A stretch of DNA of 64,000 nt, taken from positions 38,628,001-38,692,000 of the forward strand of contig NW_024704743.1 in NCBI RefSeq assembly GCF_018977255.1. Reading direction: 5' to 3'. The position numbers and the translations under genes were made by a program. Each line of letters starts with the position of its first letter. The first letter of the stretch is position 1. Of this stretch, positions 61,540 through 64,000 are shown piece after piece. The notes under the pieces were generated by a model. The model had not been told where the DNA came from, ran no database searches, and saw nothing but the letters and a program-made list of their open reading frames with translations. Source of the DNA: Callorhinchus milii. Its lineage: Eukaryota.

Positions 61540-62580
61540 ACCATGCTTAAGAATAACCAAACCAAACTCAGATTTCCATGAATCCCACCTGCACATGGAA
61601 ATCTCAGAGATAGGTTATTGGAATGAAATGCACATTCTCTCCTTGGAGGGACGCATCCTGCTTACCTAATTCTGGAAAGTATTAGGCGCAGGTTGGCAAG
61701 GCTTGGGGATCCAAGGGTGTTCATTGGGGTACTGCTAGAGTCTAACCAGGTAAAACAGCAACAACAAAATTACATTTATAGAGCGCCTTTCACGTTGGGA
61801 GGATGTCCCAAAGCGCTGAACAGTCAGGTGTCAGGGCCTGAGCATGAGGGATGAGTGGTGTAGGAGTGAGGGAAGGCAGAGAGGTGGGAGGGAGACCAAA
61901 GACACGGTTGAAGAGAAGGGTCTTGAGACCGGCCTTGAAGGAGGCAAGGGAGGAAGCGAGGTGAAGGGACTGTGGGATGGAATTCCAGAGTGTGGGGGCA
62001 GAGAGGCTGAAAGCCCGGCCACCGATGATAGGGCGGGTCGGGTGGGAGACATGGAGCAGGCTGGAGCCCGATGAACGGAGGGAGCGGGCAGGTTGGTAGG
62101 GAGTCAGCAGGTCAGAGCGTAGGAGGGGGCAAGGCCATGGATGGTCTTAAAGGTGAGGACGAGGATCTTGAACTCCATCCTCTGGGGGATGGGGAGCCAG
62201 TGGGCGAGTCGGGTGAGGGTGGGAGTGATGGGGTCACGGAGCCTGGTCCATGAGAGTACATGAGCTGCAGAGTTTTGGATGATCTGCAGCTTGTGAAGGG
62301 AAGAATTGGGAAGGCCGATGAGGAGGGAGTTCCTGTAATCAAGCCTTGAGGTGACATAGCTTGCCATTCATATCACTATCTGGCAAGCTTGTCCAGCTAG
62401 GACCACCCTAACCATTAGGGCTTTGGTTTGCAGGATTAATAGGCGTTGAGTGGGATGACTCCCTGCCCCCATTGACTGGTCTACCCCTCTAGGTCCTGCT
62501 GATGAGCCAGGCCGGCTGTGCTGTCATCAGCAGTGCCCTAGATTACTGTGGACTTGCCTGGCGGCATGACACCTTGGAGC
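61540..62580 (-). mobile_element. RTE/RTEX-like 3' region split by an L2 insertion
   Basis: 61540-61757 and 62358-62580 are consecutive pieces of the reverse complement of 41460-41975. Confidence 0.7.
61758..62357 (-). mobile_element. L2 3' fragment, low divergence, nested
   Basis: ORF 62104..62367(-) VTSRLDYRNSLLIGLP...LQIIQNSAAHVL...HWLPIPQRMEFKILVLTFKTIHGLAPSY, with a (caa)n tail at about 61759. Confidence 0.92.
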
Positions 62581-62684
62581 CAGTTCAGCTTCAAGGAGAC
62601 CCCGCTTCTCTCCACCACCCCTCACGCCTCCCCGCCCGAAGTAGGATGAAAAAATAATGTATTTCACAACAGAATGACTTGTTA

Positions 62685-63040
62685 GTTAGCTCAGTGAGAA
62701 GCACTCTTGTCTCTGGGTCAGAAGGCTGTGGGTTCAATCCCCACAGTTGGCACTTTGAGCTCACAGACTAGACTACACTCAATGTTGAGGAGTGCTACTT
62801 CGTCCAAGTTCCTGTCTGCCTCTTTAAGTGGATATTAAAGAACCCATAGCAATATTAGAAAAGAGAAGCGAATTTCACAGATGCTACAGATAAAATAGGT
62901 CACTCACTTCTTGGCTGTTTGTGGGACAATGATGAGTGCAAATTGGCTGCAGATGACCACCTACAAATATAGTCACAATACTTAACAATAATTTACTATA
63001 AATGCGGAGATGTTTTGATGCTATAGGTGCTGTATCAAAT
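62685..63040 (+). mobile_element. Full-length tRNA/Deu SINE
   Basis: ttagctcagtgagaagcactcttgtctctgggtcagaaggctgtgggttcaatccc...gtggatattaaagaacccatagc...ggtgctgtatcaaat. Confidence 0.8.
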
Positions 63041-63382
63041 TACAATGTGAAAAGATTGTGTTGTTATAACTTCTGGATTGCATAACTTCATACTCAGTTT
63101 CCTGTTCATAAATGTGTTTTTTTTTAAAAAAGAAACTAGGTTTCAACTGTTTCCAATAAGGGGTATTATGAGGACAAGGGCAGTTTAGCCCCACTCAGCC
63201 CCACTGTTTATCATCTCTATTGAAGAGACTGGCTGCTATCTTATATCTTTCTTCAACATGAATGAAATTCAGGAAGGGCATTGGGGTTCTGCAACAGATT
63301 GTACTTTAAAGTTCTGGGGTCTGATCAAGAGATCAATCCCAAACTGTGTGTGCCAGACCTTACTCTGGGCTCCATACCTAGA

Positions 63383-63552
63383 ATGATAATAATCCTTGCA
63401 TTTGATATAACACTTTATCACGTCATTGAGACATCTCAAAGCCTTTCACAGATACACAGTAAAGTGAATTTTGTGGGCAAAACGCAGCAGCCAATTTAGC
63501 ACAGCAATGTCCCACAAGCAGTCGTGGATTGAGTGGCCAAATTATTATTATT
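63383..63552 (-). mobile_element. 5'-truncated SINE (3' half of the composite family)
   Basis: taataatccttgcatttgatataacac...gtcgtggattgagtggccaaattattatta. Confidence 0.85.
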
Positions 63553-64000
63553 TTTTGCGTGTGTGGTGAACAACAGGTGCGGACAAGATCGGACTGGATT
63601 GTGATGCCTCCCAATGTCACAACGCAAGTTCATACATGCAGAATAATACACTCTAGAGACCAGAGGGCAGCCCTTGCTTGAATGGCATTATCAGCACAAG
63701 AGATTGCAATCGCTTTATCTGGCTTGGACATCAAAAGAGCATCCCTGTGGATGTCGATGTGGGGCATATTACCTTGGAGAAAATCAGCCTGGAAAATCTG
63801 GAATTCCAAAGCTCAGGGAGAAAGGAACTTTACAAAAAAAGTAGGAATGGGGATGGGGAGGGGAATCTTGTGGAAAACTCCAATGTATTTTCCGTTTCAC
63901 ATTTGAACATGTAGTTTCTATTCTGCTTTGTAAAGAACCAGGTAGTGAGGATTGATGGTGTGGTAAGCAGCAGAGATTAGTGTGACCTCTCTAGTTAGAA

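Larger units (their letters stand above)
1..64000 (+). other. FBXL7: Intronic span of FBXL7 (intron 1 before 10130, intron 2 after 10219)
   Basis: Neither exon 1 (MGANNGKQYGSE) nor exon 3 (DSDLSMRTLSTPSP...) was found in the window. Vertebrate FBXL7 has very long first and second introns. Confidence 0.75.

Noticed and set aside
62495..62533. ctgatgag hairpin as a hammerhead
   Set aside because: No downstream GAAA box. It is a plain inverted repeat in the LINE 3' region.
1..64000. A novel multi-gene or prokaryote-type system
   Set aside because: No operon-like structure or intact long ORFs. The content is explained by one vertebrate exon plus intronic repeats and unique non-coding DNA.

Overview
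Vertebrate genomic DNA, AT-rich and dense in old repeats. The repeat repertoire (Deu-domain tRNA SINEs, L2, CR1, Penelope-type remnants) points to a cartilaginous fish, possibly a chimaera; this is inference. The only confidently coding sequence is a 90-bp phase-1/phase-1 exon at 10130-10219 (+) encoding GKGSSSISSDVSSNTDHTPTKGRRNAATSE, which I recognise as exon 2 of FBXL7. The rest of the window is therefore most likely FBXL7 intron 1 and intron 2. Essentially all entries in the ORF track are chance ORFs or decayed retroelement fragments. The introns hold many antisense L2 3' fragments, CR1 fragments, at least two tRNA-derived SINE families with L2-type tails, and copies resembling LF-SINE and AmnSINE2. 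They also hold a fragmented RTE/RTEX-like LINE that can be pieced together from four places, a decayed Penelope-type hammerhead ribozyme, palindromic MITE-like repeats, a G-rich 18-bp minisatellite and several nested insertions. I see no evidence of a new multi-gene system. Repeat family names are from memory of consensus sequences, not database searches, and repeat boundaries are approximate (about +/-20 bp).
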